44,833 bases of DNA from Dehalococcoidia bacterium (GTDB lineage Bacteria > Chloroflexota > Dehalococcoidia > SZUA-161 > SpSt-899): assembly GCA_023271215.1 (NCBI GenBank), contig JALPYG010000002.1, forward strand, positions 1 to 44,833. The letters are read 5' to 3'. A program made the translations under genes and the position numbers. Position 1 is the first letter of the stretch. Each line of letters starts with the position of its first letter. Positions 33,938 through 42,917 of this stretch are shown here, one piece after another. The notes under the pieces were generated by a model, which searched no databases, was not told the DNA's origin, and saw only the letters and a program-made list of their open reading frames with translations.

Positions 33938-35308
33938 TCAAAACCCCAACCAGTATGCCCCGCCGGGAGGGAGAACCTCGAACGGCTCGCCGCCAAGCTT
34001 GGCGGAGAGGCAGGCGCCGAGCCCCGCAATCGGGACGCGCATCTGCCTCATTGAGTCTCGGTCCCGAATGGTGACTTGATTGTCCTCCAGCGACTGGAAA
34101 TCAACTGTAACGCAGAAGGGTGTGCCGATCTCGTCCTGCCGCCGGTATCTCCGCCCGATGCTTTGGGCATCATCGTATTGCACCATCCAGTGCCGGCGCA
34201 GATTCTCATAGACCTCTTTAGCTAACGGCACCAGCTTTTCGTTACGGCTCAGCGGCAGCATCGCCACCTTGATCGGAGCCAGGGCCGGATGAAAGTGCAG
34301 CACCACCCGAAGATCTCCCTTATCATCGAGTTCCTCCGCATAGGCATCGGCGAGGAAGGCCAGAGCTGAGCGATCCACGCCTGCCGAAGGCTCGATCACA
34401 TAGGGGGTGTAGCGTTCCTGGGATTGGTCATCGAAGTAGCTCATGTTCTCGCCGCTGTGATTGGCGTGCTGTCGGAGATCGAAATCGGTGCGGTTGGCGA
34501 CCCCCTCCAGCTCCGACCAGCCAAATGGGAAAAGGTATTCGACGTCGGTGCAACTGCGAGCATAATGCGCCAGCTCATCCTTAGAATGCTCTCTGAGGTG
34601 CAGGTTTTCCTCTCTGATCCCCAGGTTGATATACCAGTTGAAGCGCTCCGTCACCCAGTGACTGAACCACTGCTCGTCGGTGCCGGGCTTGACGAAGTAC
34701 TCGATCTCCATCTGCTCGAACTCTCTGGTGCGGAAGGTGAAATTGCCCGGGGTGATCTCGTTGCGGAATGCCTTGCCTATCTGGGCGATGCCGAAGGGGA
34801 GTTTCTTGCGGGTGGAGTTGAGCACATTCTGAAAGTTGACGAAGATGCCCTGCGCCGTCTCCGGTCTGAGGTAGGTGATCTGGGACGTAGCACGGACCGG
34901 ACCCAGAAAGGTCTCCAGCATCAGGCTGGCCGGAGCAGGTTCCGACAGCTCTCCGCCACACTCCGGACATCGGACAGTCTCCCCCATTTGATCCGTCCGC
35001 CAATTGCGGCCGCAGGCCAGGCAGGTGGAGAAGGGGTCGGAAAACCCGGCAACATGGCCACTCGCCTCCCACACGCGTGGATGCATCAGGATGCTGGCAT
35101 CGATTCCCACCGTGTCATCCCGCTGGCGGACGACCGATTGCCACCAGGCAGCCTTGACATTGTTCTTAAGTTCTACCCCCAGCGGGCCGTAGTCCCAGCA
35201 GGAAGCCAGTCCGCCGTATATCTCGCTCGACTGAAAGATGAAGCCCCGCCGTTTGCACAGCGAGACGAGCTTCTCCATGGTCAATTTCTCAGGCATCGCT
35301 TTAGTCAC
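33938..35308 (-). CDS. glyQS: Glycine--tRNA ligase (homodimeric GlyQS type)
   Basis: MEKLVSLCKRRGFIFQSSEIYGG, RPETAQGIFVNF, FRNEITPGNFTFRTREFEQME. The start is probably GTG 35308 (GGAGGA RBS) or ATG 35296. The long N-terminal extension of the listed ORF is unlikely to be translated. Confidence 0.9.
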   Translation of the reverse strand: MTKAMPEKLTMEKLVSLCKRRGFIFQSSEIYGGLASCWDYGPLGVELKNNVKAAWWQSVVRQRDDTVGIDASILMHPRVWEASGHVAGFSDPFSTCLACGRNWRTDQMGETVRCPECGGELSEPAPASLMLETFLGPVRATSQITYLRPETAQGIFVNFQNVLNSTRKKLPFGIAQIGKAFRNEITPGNFTFRTREFEQMEIEYFVKPGTDEQWFSHWVTERFNWYINLGIREENLHLREHSKDELAHYARSCTDVEYLFPFGWSELEGVANRTDFDLRQHANHSGENMSYFDDQSQERYTPYVIEPSAGVDRSALAFLADAYAEELDDKGDLRVVLHFHPALAPIKVAMLPLSRNEKLVPLAKEVYENLRRHWMVQYDDAQSIGRRYRRQDEIGTPFCVTVDFQSLEDNQVTIRDRDSMRQMRVPIAGLGACLSAKLGGEPFEVLPPGGAYWLGF

Positions 35309-35371
35309 TGTGAGTTCCTCCCATTCAAGATTAGCAGTTTTTGCCAGGGGTGTCAAAGGGAGCGATGCCAA

Positions 35372-35400
35372 TTGCAAAGGCCACCGACTGCGGCTATAAT
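35372..35400 (+). promoter_or_regulatory. Promoter TTGCAA-17 nt-TATAAT ending 8 nt before the aspS ATG
   Basis: TTGCAA at 35372-35377, TATAAT at 35395-35400, ATG at 35409. There is no Shine-Dalgarno sequence in between. Confidence 0.45.
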
Positions 35401-35408
35401 AAGACACG

Positions 35409-37211
35409 ATGGCTAATCGATATCGAACCCACAATTGCAGCGAAGCAGGGAGGCATATCGGGCGGGGGATCAGCGTGGCCGGCTGGGTCAACCGCCGGCG
35501 TGACCACGGCGGACTGATCTTCATCGACCTGCGTGATCGAAGCGGGCTTCTCCAGGTGGTGTTTAATCCCCAGGTCGCCGCGGAGGCTCATCGGATCGCC
35601 ACAGAGATGCGCCCCGAATACGTGGTCCGGATAACCGGCGAGGTCGCCAGGCGTCCCGCCGGCACCGAGAATCCCGGAATTCCCACCGGCGAAGTCGAGC
35701 TCATCGCCCGGGAGGCGGAGATTCTGAATGCCTCCAGACCAATGCCCTTTCCGATGAGTGACGAATCCGGGATTGACGAGAGCGTTCGGCTGAAGTATCG
35801 CTATCTCGATCTCAGGCGTCCGCAGATGCAGCAGAATATGATGTTGCGCCACCGGGTGATCAAGTTCATCCGCGACTTCCTCGATGCCAGGGGATTCATC
35901 GAGATCGAAACCCCGATACTGCTTAAGAGCACTCCGGAGGGAGCACGCGACTATCTGGTGCCCAGCCGCCTCTATCCCGGCAAGTTCTATGCCCTGCCCC
36001 AGTCGCCACAGCAACTGAAACAACTGCTGATGGTCTCCGGATTTGAGAAATACTACCAGATCGCGCGGTGCTTCCGCGACGAGGACCAGCGCGCCGACCG
36101 TCAGCCGGAGTTCACTCAGCTCGATCTGGAGATGAGCTTCGTTGACGAAGAGAATGTCCTGGATCTGATGGAGGAGCTTTTCACCTCGCTGATGGCAGAG
36201 CTAAAGCCGGAGATCAGGATCGTGAAGCCGTTCCCCCGCCTTTCGTACCACGAGGTGATCGAGCGTTTTGGCACCGATAAGCCCGATCTTCGCTTCGGAT
36301 TGGAGCTGGCGGATGTCTCTGATATCGTGGAGGACTCTGAATTTGGGGTGTTCCGAACGGCGATCGCCGGGGGTGGCATCGTGAAGGGATTCGCTGCGCC
36401 TGGCTGTGCTGACTACTCCAGAAAGCAACAGGCGGAGCTGGTGGAGTTCGCCAGAGCTCGTGGAGGGAAGGGATTGGTCACCATGGCTATCGAAGGGGGG
36501 CAAGGGGGGTCGCTGGACGATCTTACCTTAGATAAGGTGCACTCGGCGGTAACCAGGTTCTTCACCATCGACCAGGTGCGGGAGATGGTGAAGCGTCTCC
36601 ATGCCGGGCCGGGCGACCTGCTTCTTTTCGCCGCTGATAAGGCTGAAGTGGTCAACACCGTCCTCAGTCAACTCCGCCTGGAGATGGCGAATAGGCTGGG
36701 GTTGACTGATCCCAACCTGATGGTCTTTGCCTTCATTCAGGATCATCCCCTGATGGAATGGAACCAGGAGGGTAATCGCTGGGATTCGATGCATCATCCC
36801 TTTACCGCGCCCTATGATGAGGATATCCCCCTGCTCGACACCGATCCCGGTAGGGTAAGGGCCAGGCACTACGATTTCGTTTGCAACGGCTATGAACTCT
36901 CCAGCGGCTCGATCCGGATTCACGATAGCCGGATTCAAGAGAAGATATTCTCGCTTCTGAGCTACTCCGACGAAGAGATCCGGGAACGGTTCGGCCATCT
37001 CCTGGAGGCGCTGGAATTTGGCGCGCCGCCTCATGGCGGCATCGCCCCGGGCATCGATCGTCTTGTAATGCTGCTGGCCGGAGAGGATAACATCAGAGAG
37101 GTGATCGCCTTCCCCAAGACCAAGAGCGCCACTGACCTGATGACCAATGCCCCCGACGCCGTCTCCGAGGATCAACTACGGGAGTTGCATCTGAGGCTAC
37201 GAGCTCATTGA
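35409..37211 (+). CDS. aspS: Aspartate--tRNA ligase
   Basis: GWVNRRRDHGGLIFIDLRD, FRDEDQRADRQPEFTQLD, GGIAPGIDRLVMLL, the bacterial type with the insertion domain. Confidence 0.95.
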   Translation: MANRYRTHNCSEAGRHIGRGISVAGWVNRRRDHGGLIFIDLRDRSGLLQVVFNPQVAAEAHRIATEMRPEYVVRITGEVARRPAGTENPGIPTGEVELIAREAEILNASRPMPFPMSDESGIDESVRLKYRYLDLRRPQMQQNMMLRHRVIKFIRDFLDARGFIEIETPILLKSTPEGARDYLVPSRLYPGKFYALPQSPQQLKQLLMVSGFEKYYQIARCFRDEDQRADRQPEFTQLDLEMSFVDEENVLDLMEELFTSLMAELKPEIRIVKPFPRLSYHEVIERFGTDKPDLRFGLELADVSDIVEDSEFGVFRTAIAGGGIVKGFAAPGCADYSRKQQAELVEFARARGGKGLVTMAIEGGQGGSLDDLTLDKVHSAVTRFFTIDQVREMVKRLHAGPGDLLLFAADKAEVVNTVLSQLRLEMANRLGLTDPNLMVFAFIQDHPLMEWNQEGNRWDSMHHPFTAPYDEDIPLLDTDPGRVRARHYDFVCNGYELSSGSIRIHDSRIQEKIFSLLSYSDEEIRERFGHLLEALEFGAPPHGGIAPGIDRLVMLLAGEDNIREVIAFPKTKSATDLMTNAPDAVSEDQLRELHLRLRAH

Positions 37212-37349
37212 TAGGGGATGCCAGGCGTGTTAGCATATTACTGCCCAATACCTCGCAGCACCTTGCCGTGAATCAAACTCTCATAGCCGGCTACCCACCA
37301 GCGAACCGTGACGAAGGAAGTGAGGAGGTTTCAAGATGCCGGCGCATGA

Positions 37350-37559
37350 ATACGAGAGTATGTAATCCAGAAAGGGATACCTTTCCCCGTCCTGTTGGAT
37401 ACAGAGACTGAAGTGGCCAACCTGTATCAGGTGAGGGGAATCCCTGCCACATTCTTGATCGATCGGCAGGGCATCATTCAAGAGGTGAGAATCGGGGCCT
37501 TCCGAAACGCCGCCGATGTGGCCGCCAGCGTGGACGTGGAGAAGATCATTGAGAAGTAG
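37350..37559 (+). pseudogene. C-terminal remnant of a TlpA/ResA-like thioredoxin-fold protein
   Basis: ..IREYVIQKGIPFPVLLDTETEVANLYQVRGIPATFLIDRQGIIQEV.. follows an in-frame TGA. No start codon or CxxC region is present, and the upstream part is in another frame. Confidence 0.5.
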
Positions 37560-37681
37560 CCGGCGTGAGTCTGGGGTCAGCCCTTGACCTGGGGACTTTT
37601 CTTCGCTTCATGCAATGCTGCTGTTATGGTCTTGGGGACGGTTGCAGCGCGATCCAAAGTCAAGACCTGACCCCCTATTTC

Positions 37682-38440
37682 TTATTCAATGGCGAAGACT
37701 ACCTGCACATTGATGATGATCTCCTGCTCCCCGGGCATGATAGGGGTAACCGGGGCAACTTCCATGTCCATCGCCATTCGAGGCGGCATTGGCATCGGTG
37801 GGAAGTGAGCCATGCCCTCGGTGATGTAGGTCGCCTTTCCCAGGGTCACGCCGGCAAGCTGCGCCAGTTGCTCCGCCTTTGCCCTGGCATCGGCAAAAGC
37901 CTTCTCGCGTGCCTGCTCCTGGTGCACGGTGGGGTCTTCCACAGTGAAGCCAATCCCGTGGATTCTAATGAGATCGCCTCCAGCTTCGACCACGGCATCG
38001 ATAATCAAGCCAACCTCATCCAGTGCCCTGATCCTGGCACTCACCATGTTGCTCACCAGGTAGCCGGTCAGTTCACGTTCACCTGTCACTCTGTCCCATT
38101 CCCACGCCTCAGAGATGCTGAAGCGGAAGGTTTGGATGTCCTCCTCCGCCACACCGTGCGCCTCCAGCGCAGCTATAACCGCCTCCATGGATTGAGCCGC
38201 CCGGCTCATTGCCTCTGCCACCGTATCCGCCTGAGCTTCGATGCCCAGCCTGAGGGCGGCGATGTCCGGGGTAACCGACACCTTGCCCTGGCCGCTCACC
38301 CAGATTCCCCTCTGCTGGGTGTTACCTGTATCTGCTGCTAACGCTGTTTCAACTTCCCTCTCGACAGCGGCGCATCCGGCTACACCGAGCAGGGCAATTG
38401 CCGCGACCAGACTAGTTACGATCAACCAACCTTTCCTCAT
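37682..38440 (-). CDS. SIMPL-domain (DUF541) lipoprotein
   Basis: Signal/lipobox LLGVAGCAA, then GIWVSGQGKVSVTPDIAALRLGIEAQADT..A....A, typical of SIMPL/BP26-like proteins. Confidence 0.8.
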   Translation of the reverse strand: MRKGWLIVTSLVAAIALLGVAGCAAVEREVETALAADTGNTQQRGIWVSGQGKVSVTPDIAALRLGIEAQADTVAEAMSRAAQSMEAVIAALEAHGVAEEDIQTFRFSISEAWEWDRVTGERELTGYLVSNMVSARIRALDEVGLIIDAVVEAGGDLIRIHGIGFTVEDPTVHQEQAREKAFADARAKAEQLAQLAGVTLGKATYITEGMAHFPPMPMPPRMAMDMEVAPVTPIMPGEQEIIINVQVVFAIE

Positions 38441-38599
38441 TCTGTTCCTCCTATCTTCATTTTTTGAATCTCCGGTTCAGCGTAATCCTTGCGGGGTCAC
38501 TCCCCTGCTGAACGCTGACTACTGATAGCTGACATCTTATCACATTGCCATCACCTCCCAGGTGAGCGGAGTGAGCATCCTCAGATGCGAACAACCTGT

Positions 38600-38850
38600 C
38601 TCACCTGCTCACCTCTATCCAAACAGGCTCAGTACGGACAAGATCACAAATGTCGGAGCGAGTACGCACACCGTTAAGAATTCGGGCTCTTCTCCAAATT
38701 TGGTAGTAAAGAATGATCCTCACTGGCCATACCTTCAGTTCTTTGAAAAACTAATACCAGTAACAATGTGAACGACCTTTGCACCCAATGTGAGCATAAC
38801 GAGTCTCAATGTGCGGTGCAACTATTTTTCATGATTCGGTGGTCCGCTCG
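38600..38850 (-). mobile_element. Degenerate IS110 remnant (5' non-coding region plus decayed first codons)
   Basis: 38735-38850 aligns with 20285-20410. Downstream, FGEEPEFLTVCVLAPT resembles CGIDVHKSKLTACLLVGKP of the 19571-20185 transposase. Confidence 0.5.
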
Positions 38851-39016
38851 CCAGAGTCGAGTCTTCGACCTCAGGCGGATGAGGGTTTATTCCCTGTGTC
38901 CTGGTGAACATGGTAAGCAGGATTGCACTCAAGCCCCCCGACCATTGCCGAAGGCCTAATTCATGATCAACGGTTATTATACCGGGGTAGAGGGGTTGGT
39001 AACCGTATGGGTGACG

Positions 39017-39583
39017 CTACCGATCACAGGGCAACCTGAAACTTACCGTCGTTGTCTCGTCTCTCAGCACTACAACGTCAGAGGCAAAATCACTCTGGAA
39101 TCGGGGCGGTGCCGATGCTATCATTTGATAGGTGCCAACTTGTATCCTGATATTGAAGTGTCCAGTGGGATCGGTAAATGCATAACCGATAGTATGCCCA
39201 ATGACCAGACACGAGGCATCCACAAACGCTCCCTCTATCGGAGTGCCATGAACGTCGGTTACAAGGCCAGCAATATAGCCTGCTGGTGCTCGCTCCAGGG
39301 TGAAATTCACCGTTGTCGTCTCGCCTTCAGTAACTACTATTCCGGAGACCTCCTCACGGGAGAAACCGAGTGCCCGTATCCTCATATCGTAAACAGCAAC
39401 ATCTACCTTCATCTTGAAGTATCCCGCCTCATCGGTTATCGTTGCCCAGCCAATGCCCCTGTCCTGCTTCCGAGCACTCACGTTTGCTCGTTCTGCTATT
39501 GAAACACCCCTTATTTCAGCGTCCCTCAGAGGATGGGTTGGTGAGACGATAGGCATGATGGGAACTCCCGTAGTGTCGGTCAC
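39017..39583 (-). CDS. Protein with two carboxypeptidase-regulatory-like (CarboxypepD_reg) beta-sandwich domains
   Basis: ..TDEAGYFKMKVDVAVYDMRIRALGF...TTTVNFTL and ..TDPTGHFNIRIQVGTYQMIASAP...TTTVSFRL. It has no signal peptide, and its GTG start overlaps the upstream stop. Confidence 0.6.
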   Translation of the reverse strand: MTDTTGVPIMPIVSPTHPLRDAEIRGVSIAERANVSARKQDRGIGWATITDEAGYFKMKVDVAVYDMRIRALGFSREEVSGIVVTEGETTTVNFTLERAPAGYIAGLVTDVHGTPIEGAFVDASCLVIGHTIGYAFTDPTGHFNIRIQVGTYQMIASAPPRFQSDFASDVVVLRDETTTVSFRLPCDR

Positions 39584-40812
39584 GAAACCGGCAATATAGC
39601 GTGCTCAGGGGCGAGCTTAATCAGCCAGAAGTCGCTCTTTCCTGCGCCAAAGGAGTGTGTTGTCCCGGCAATGATAAAGCCGCCGCAGGCAGTCTGCTGG
39701 ACGGAGGATCCCCCCTCCCTCTCCCTTCCCCCAAAGGTCCGGCTCCATTCTTTATCCCCCTCCTGGTCGGTCTTGATCAGCCAGATATCACTCTTTCCTG
39801 CGCCAAAGGACTCTGTGCTTGCGACAATAATGAAACCCCCGTCTCTGGTCTGCTGGACTGAGGGCAAGCCCTCACTGCCCCACCCCCCAAAGCTCCGGCT
39901 CCATTCTTTGTTGCCCTCCTGGTCGGTCTTGATCAACCAGAGGTCACTCCGCCCTATAAAAGGCGGATATACCTGTGCAGCAATGATGAACCCACCATCT
40001 CTGGTTTGCTGGACTGAATGACCGGTCTCACCACCCCCTCGATCAAATGTCCGGCACCATTCCTTGTCCCCGTGCTCGTCGGTCCTGATCAGCCAGAGAT
40101 CACCGTATCGCGGGCCTCCGCGATATAGCGTGCCAGTAATAATGAAACCACCGTCTAGAGTCTCCCGGACCGACCATCCGTGATCAGTAATTCTTCCGCC
40201 AAAGGTGCGGCTCCATTCTTTATTCCCCTCCTGGTCGGTCTTGATGAGCCAGATATCTCCTGGGCCAAAGGAGTCTGTCCATCCGACAATAATGAAACCC
40301 CCGTCTCTGGTCTGCTGGACTGACCTGGCACGATCGGCATCCAGTCCCCCAAAGATGCGGCTCCATTCTTTGTTGCCCTCACCATCGGTCTTGATGAGCC
40401 AGGCATCATTAGATCCTGCGCCAAAGGATGCTGTATCTCCGACAATGATAAAGCCCCCGTCTGCGGTCTGTTGGACTGAGTGGGCCTTGTCGGAATGGGG
40501 TCCGCCAAAGGTACGGCTCCATTCTTTATTCCCCTTCTCATCACTCTTGACCAGCCAGATATCGTAATCAAACTCTCCTGCCCCCTCTCTCCATCCGACA
40601 ATAATGAAACCCCCGTCTCTGGTCTGCTGAACTGATTGTGCAACAGACCTCTCGCGTCCCCCAAAGGTCCGGCTCCACTCTTTATCCGGTGGGGGAAAGG
40701 GACCGGGAGGAGCTGGTCCTGGTTCTCGTTGGAGATAAAGTGGTGGACAGCCCCCAGCCACCAGACTCACCACTAGCAACGCTAGTATTGCCACCGAAAG
40801 TTCCTTCTTCAC
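39580..40812 (-). CDS. Lipoprotein with seven ~50-aa repeats (predicted 7-bladed beta-propeller-like)
   Basis: The GTG at 40812 follows an AAGGAGG RBS. The lipobox is LVAGGC. The repeat unit is KEWSRTFGG...SVQQT.DGGFII.G.T.SFGAG..D.WLIKTD..GN, seven times. Confidence 0.8.
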   Translation of the reverse strand: MKKELSVAILALLVVSLVAGGCPPLYLQREPGPAPPGPFPPPDKEWSRTFGGRERSVAQSVQQTRDGGFIIVGWREGAGEFDYDIWLVKSDEKGNKEWSRTFGGPHSDKAHSVQQTADGGFIIVGDTASFGAGSNDAWLIKTDGEGNKEWSRIFGGLDADRARSVQQTRDGGFIIVGWTDSFGPGDIWLIKTDQEGNKEWSRTFGGRITDHGWSVRETLDGGFIITGTLYRGGPRYGDLWLIRTDEHGDKEWCRTFDRGGGETGHSVQQTRDGGFIIAAQVYPPFIGRSDLWLIKTDQEGNKEWSRSFGGWGSEGLPSVQQTRDGGFIIVASTESFGAGKSDIWLIKTDQEGDKEWSRTFGGREREGGSSVQQTACGGFIIAGTTHSFGAGKSDFWLIKLAPEHAILPVS

Positions 40813-40921
40813 TTTTTCCTCCTTTCCTTCCCTCCAATTACCCGCTGAGGGGGAGGGTGCCTCTGAGAAGACAGCCCTCCTCCCAGCGCTCGTCAAGCGG
40901 CTCTTTGCGCCTGAACGGGTA

Positions 40922-42199
40922 TCAATTATCGGTATCGCTAATGCGAATCAGGCGGAGGACCAGGTACGGGACGCCAGGCGCGTTAAGGGCATCCCAGCAG
41001 AGCCACCTCTCGTCGTCGCGCGTATTTGAATCGGTGACTATTACATACTGGCTCAAGCCAAACCAGCCCCATCCCTTTACAGCAACCCAGTGCGCTGCCT
41101 TTTCCATTGGTTCGCCCGGCTTCTTATAAACGTACATCCACCCCAATAACCCTAGCGGCCAGTCGTTCGCTATATCGCTCATTATATCCGAAAAGGTCCA
41201 GCGATAGTCCCAGGTAAAATCCTCGCCGCGAGAGGCACCATAATTCACGAACCCCGGGCCGTAGTCCCCCGGGAAGGTCCATCCTGGAGGAAACGATAAC
41301 GTCTGCACGTAGTGTTCAAGCCACGCATACATGTTCGCTTCATCTTCCTCTCCGGGTTCAGGGCCATGCAGACCCCCATCGCCGTCGGCATCCCTTTTCC
41401 ATACGCCAATGGACACCGCGGAGCTAGGTCCACACCAACCGGCAATGGATTCCTCCGGATAGAATGGATGGGGATCACCCGCAAGTTCACCCCACTCTTG
41501 CATTAGATGTGCGTCGCGTATCAGCACCTGGCCCCAGTCCCATAAAGGCTCCCAGTAGGCCGACCCAAGCAACGACTGCCTGGTTGCTGCCTTGGCAGCC
41601 CTATACTGCACCGGGCAGGGCATAGCGAAGGGCAGGGCACGCACGTTTGGTGCCGTCAGAGAGCGGCCGGTAATTAGATTTATTCCCGCTACCCTGCCTT
41701 CAACCTCCCATACCGCGTGAAAGCCCCGCAAGACGTTGAGAAGCAGCAGCCTTGCTTCACCAAGGCTTTCTTCGCCTATTTGCAAACCGTGCTCCTCTCT
41801 CAAGATGGCGCTAACTTCACTGGCGGAGGGCACGGGAAAGGGTGGAGATTTTCCAGCTTCGAGTATTGGAAAGCCGTATGCCGAGCTGCCGACGAGAACG
41901 CGGCCTACGATCTTCCCGTTCCTTTCGATGGCGAACATATAGGCTATTACCTCACCTTTTGGGTTATGGAAGGCTTGCGGCGATGTCAAACGAGCGCCCT
42001 GCCATTCTGACATCTCTGGATCAATGACAGCGACCTCGTCAACCCAGGCTTGACCTCTTCTTTGAGCCCGCTCAACCTCGCTTTCTCCTGGGGGAACAGG
42101 CGCTATCCCTTCAACTGGGGAGACAGGCTCCGAATCCACCGTGCTCGCACCTACGAACGACCCCTGTGCTATTGCGGCCTGGGGACCGGCTATTAGCAC
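40922..42199 (-). CDS. Secreted or membrane-anchored papain-fold cysteine peptidase, C39-like
   Basis: Candidate triad: Cys in GWCGPSSAVSIG, His in AAHWVAVKGWG, Asp/Asn in IVTDSN. A hydrophobic signal-like segment continues in frame upstream of the listed GTG, so the start is uncertain. Confidence 0.6.
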   Translation of the reverse strand: MLIAGPQAAIAQGSFVGASTVDSEPVSPVEGIAPVPPGESEVERAQRRGQAWVDEVAVIDPEMSEWQGARLTSPQAFHNPKGEVIAYMFAIERNGKIVGRVLVGSSAYGFPILEAGKSPPFPVPSASEVSAILREEHGLQIGEESLGEARLLLLNVLRGFHAVWEVEGRVAGINLITGRSLTAPNVRALPFAMPCPVQYRAAKAATRQSLLGSAYWEPLWDWGQVLIRDAHLMQEWGELAGDPHPFYPEESIAGWCGPSSAVSIGVWKRDADGDGGLHGPEPGEEDEANMYAWLEHYVQTLSFPPGWTFPGDYGPGFVNYGASRGEDFTWDYRWTFSDIMSDIANDWPLGLLGWMYVYKKPGEPMEKAAHWVAVKGWGWFGLSQYVIVTDSNTRDDERWLCWDALNAPGVPYLVLRLIRISDTDN

Positions 42200-42303
42200 C
42201 AGAGCCGTAACAACCAGGATGGCACCTCCCGCTAATCCATGCTTCTTTTATTGAGGGACTCTCCCTCAGCTTTTCGGTGAAGGAAGCATTCCTTCACCCC
42301 CAT

Positions 42304-42417
42304 TTATCCGAAACCATATTCAATTGTGTTGTCCCATCTGCACCTCCTCTTATAGCGATGGAAGATTGCCTCAAAGGCGTCTGCCCTGCCGGCTTGCCAT
42401 TGCTCGATTAGATCCAT
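42304..42417 (-). pseudogene. 37-codon relic of an ECF sigma-70 factor N-terminus
   Basis: MDLIEQWQAGRADAFEAIFHRYKRR resembles the start of sigma region 2. Unrelated residues and a stop follow. Confidence 0.45.
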
Positions 42418-42426
42418 CACCCTCCT

Positions 42427-42455
42427 ATTATAGTAAACGCTTGGTAGCATGTCAA
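42427..42455 (-). promoter_or_regulatory. Perfect consensus promoter TTGACA-17 nt-TATAAT
   Basis: The reverse complement of 42450-42455 is TTGACA and of 42427-42432 is TATAAT. It lies 9 nt (AGGAGGGTG) upstream of the ATG at 42417. Confidence 0.55.
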
Positions 42456-42547
42456 AGGGCTGACATTTCTCCGAGTTTTTCCCTAGCAGGGAACGACCTT
42501 GCAAGTTTTGCAAAAAGTTCATTTCGGGTGTGCCTGGGATTTTTTGA

Positions 42548-42917
42548 TATTGGCCAGGTTCTCAGCTACGGTAAGGATTCGGGCCCGCTTGGAACATCCG
42601 TTTGAATACATCCATTCCTGCGTTGCGCGATGTAGCTGGCACTGGCTGGGGCAACTATCAACTGCCGCTCAGGGAGATGGGGTCAATGTGAGTCTGGCAA
42701 CGACCTACTGCTCAGGGGCGAGCTTAATCAGCCAGAAATCATCCTTTCCTGCGCCAAAGGAGCGTGTCATTCCGGCAATGATAAACCCACCGCAGGCAGT
42801 CTGCTGGACCGAGCGTGCGTTGTCAAACTCGCGTAGCGTACCAAAAGTCTGCGTCCACTGTATATTTCCGTGAGCATCGGTCTTAACCACCCAGATACAT
42901 GTAATTGGCGTTGGTGG
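42548..42917. repeat. About 370-bp segmental duplication, copy 1 (3' end of the repeat-protein gene plus ~160 bp downstream)
   Basis: Near-identical to 44052-44421 with only scattered mismatches on visual alignment. Confidence 0.85.
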
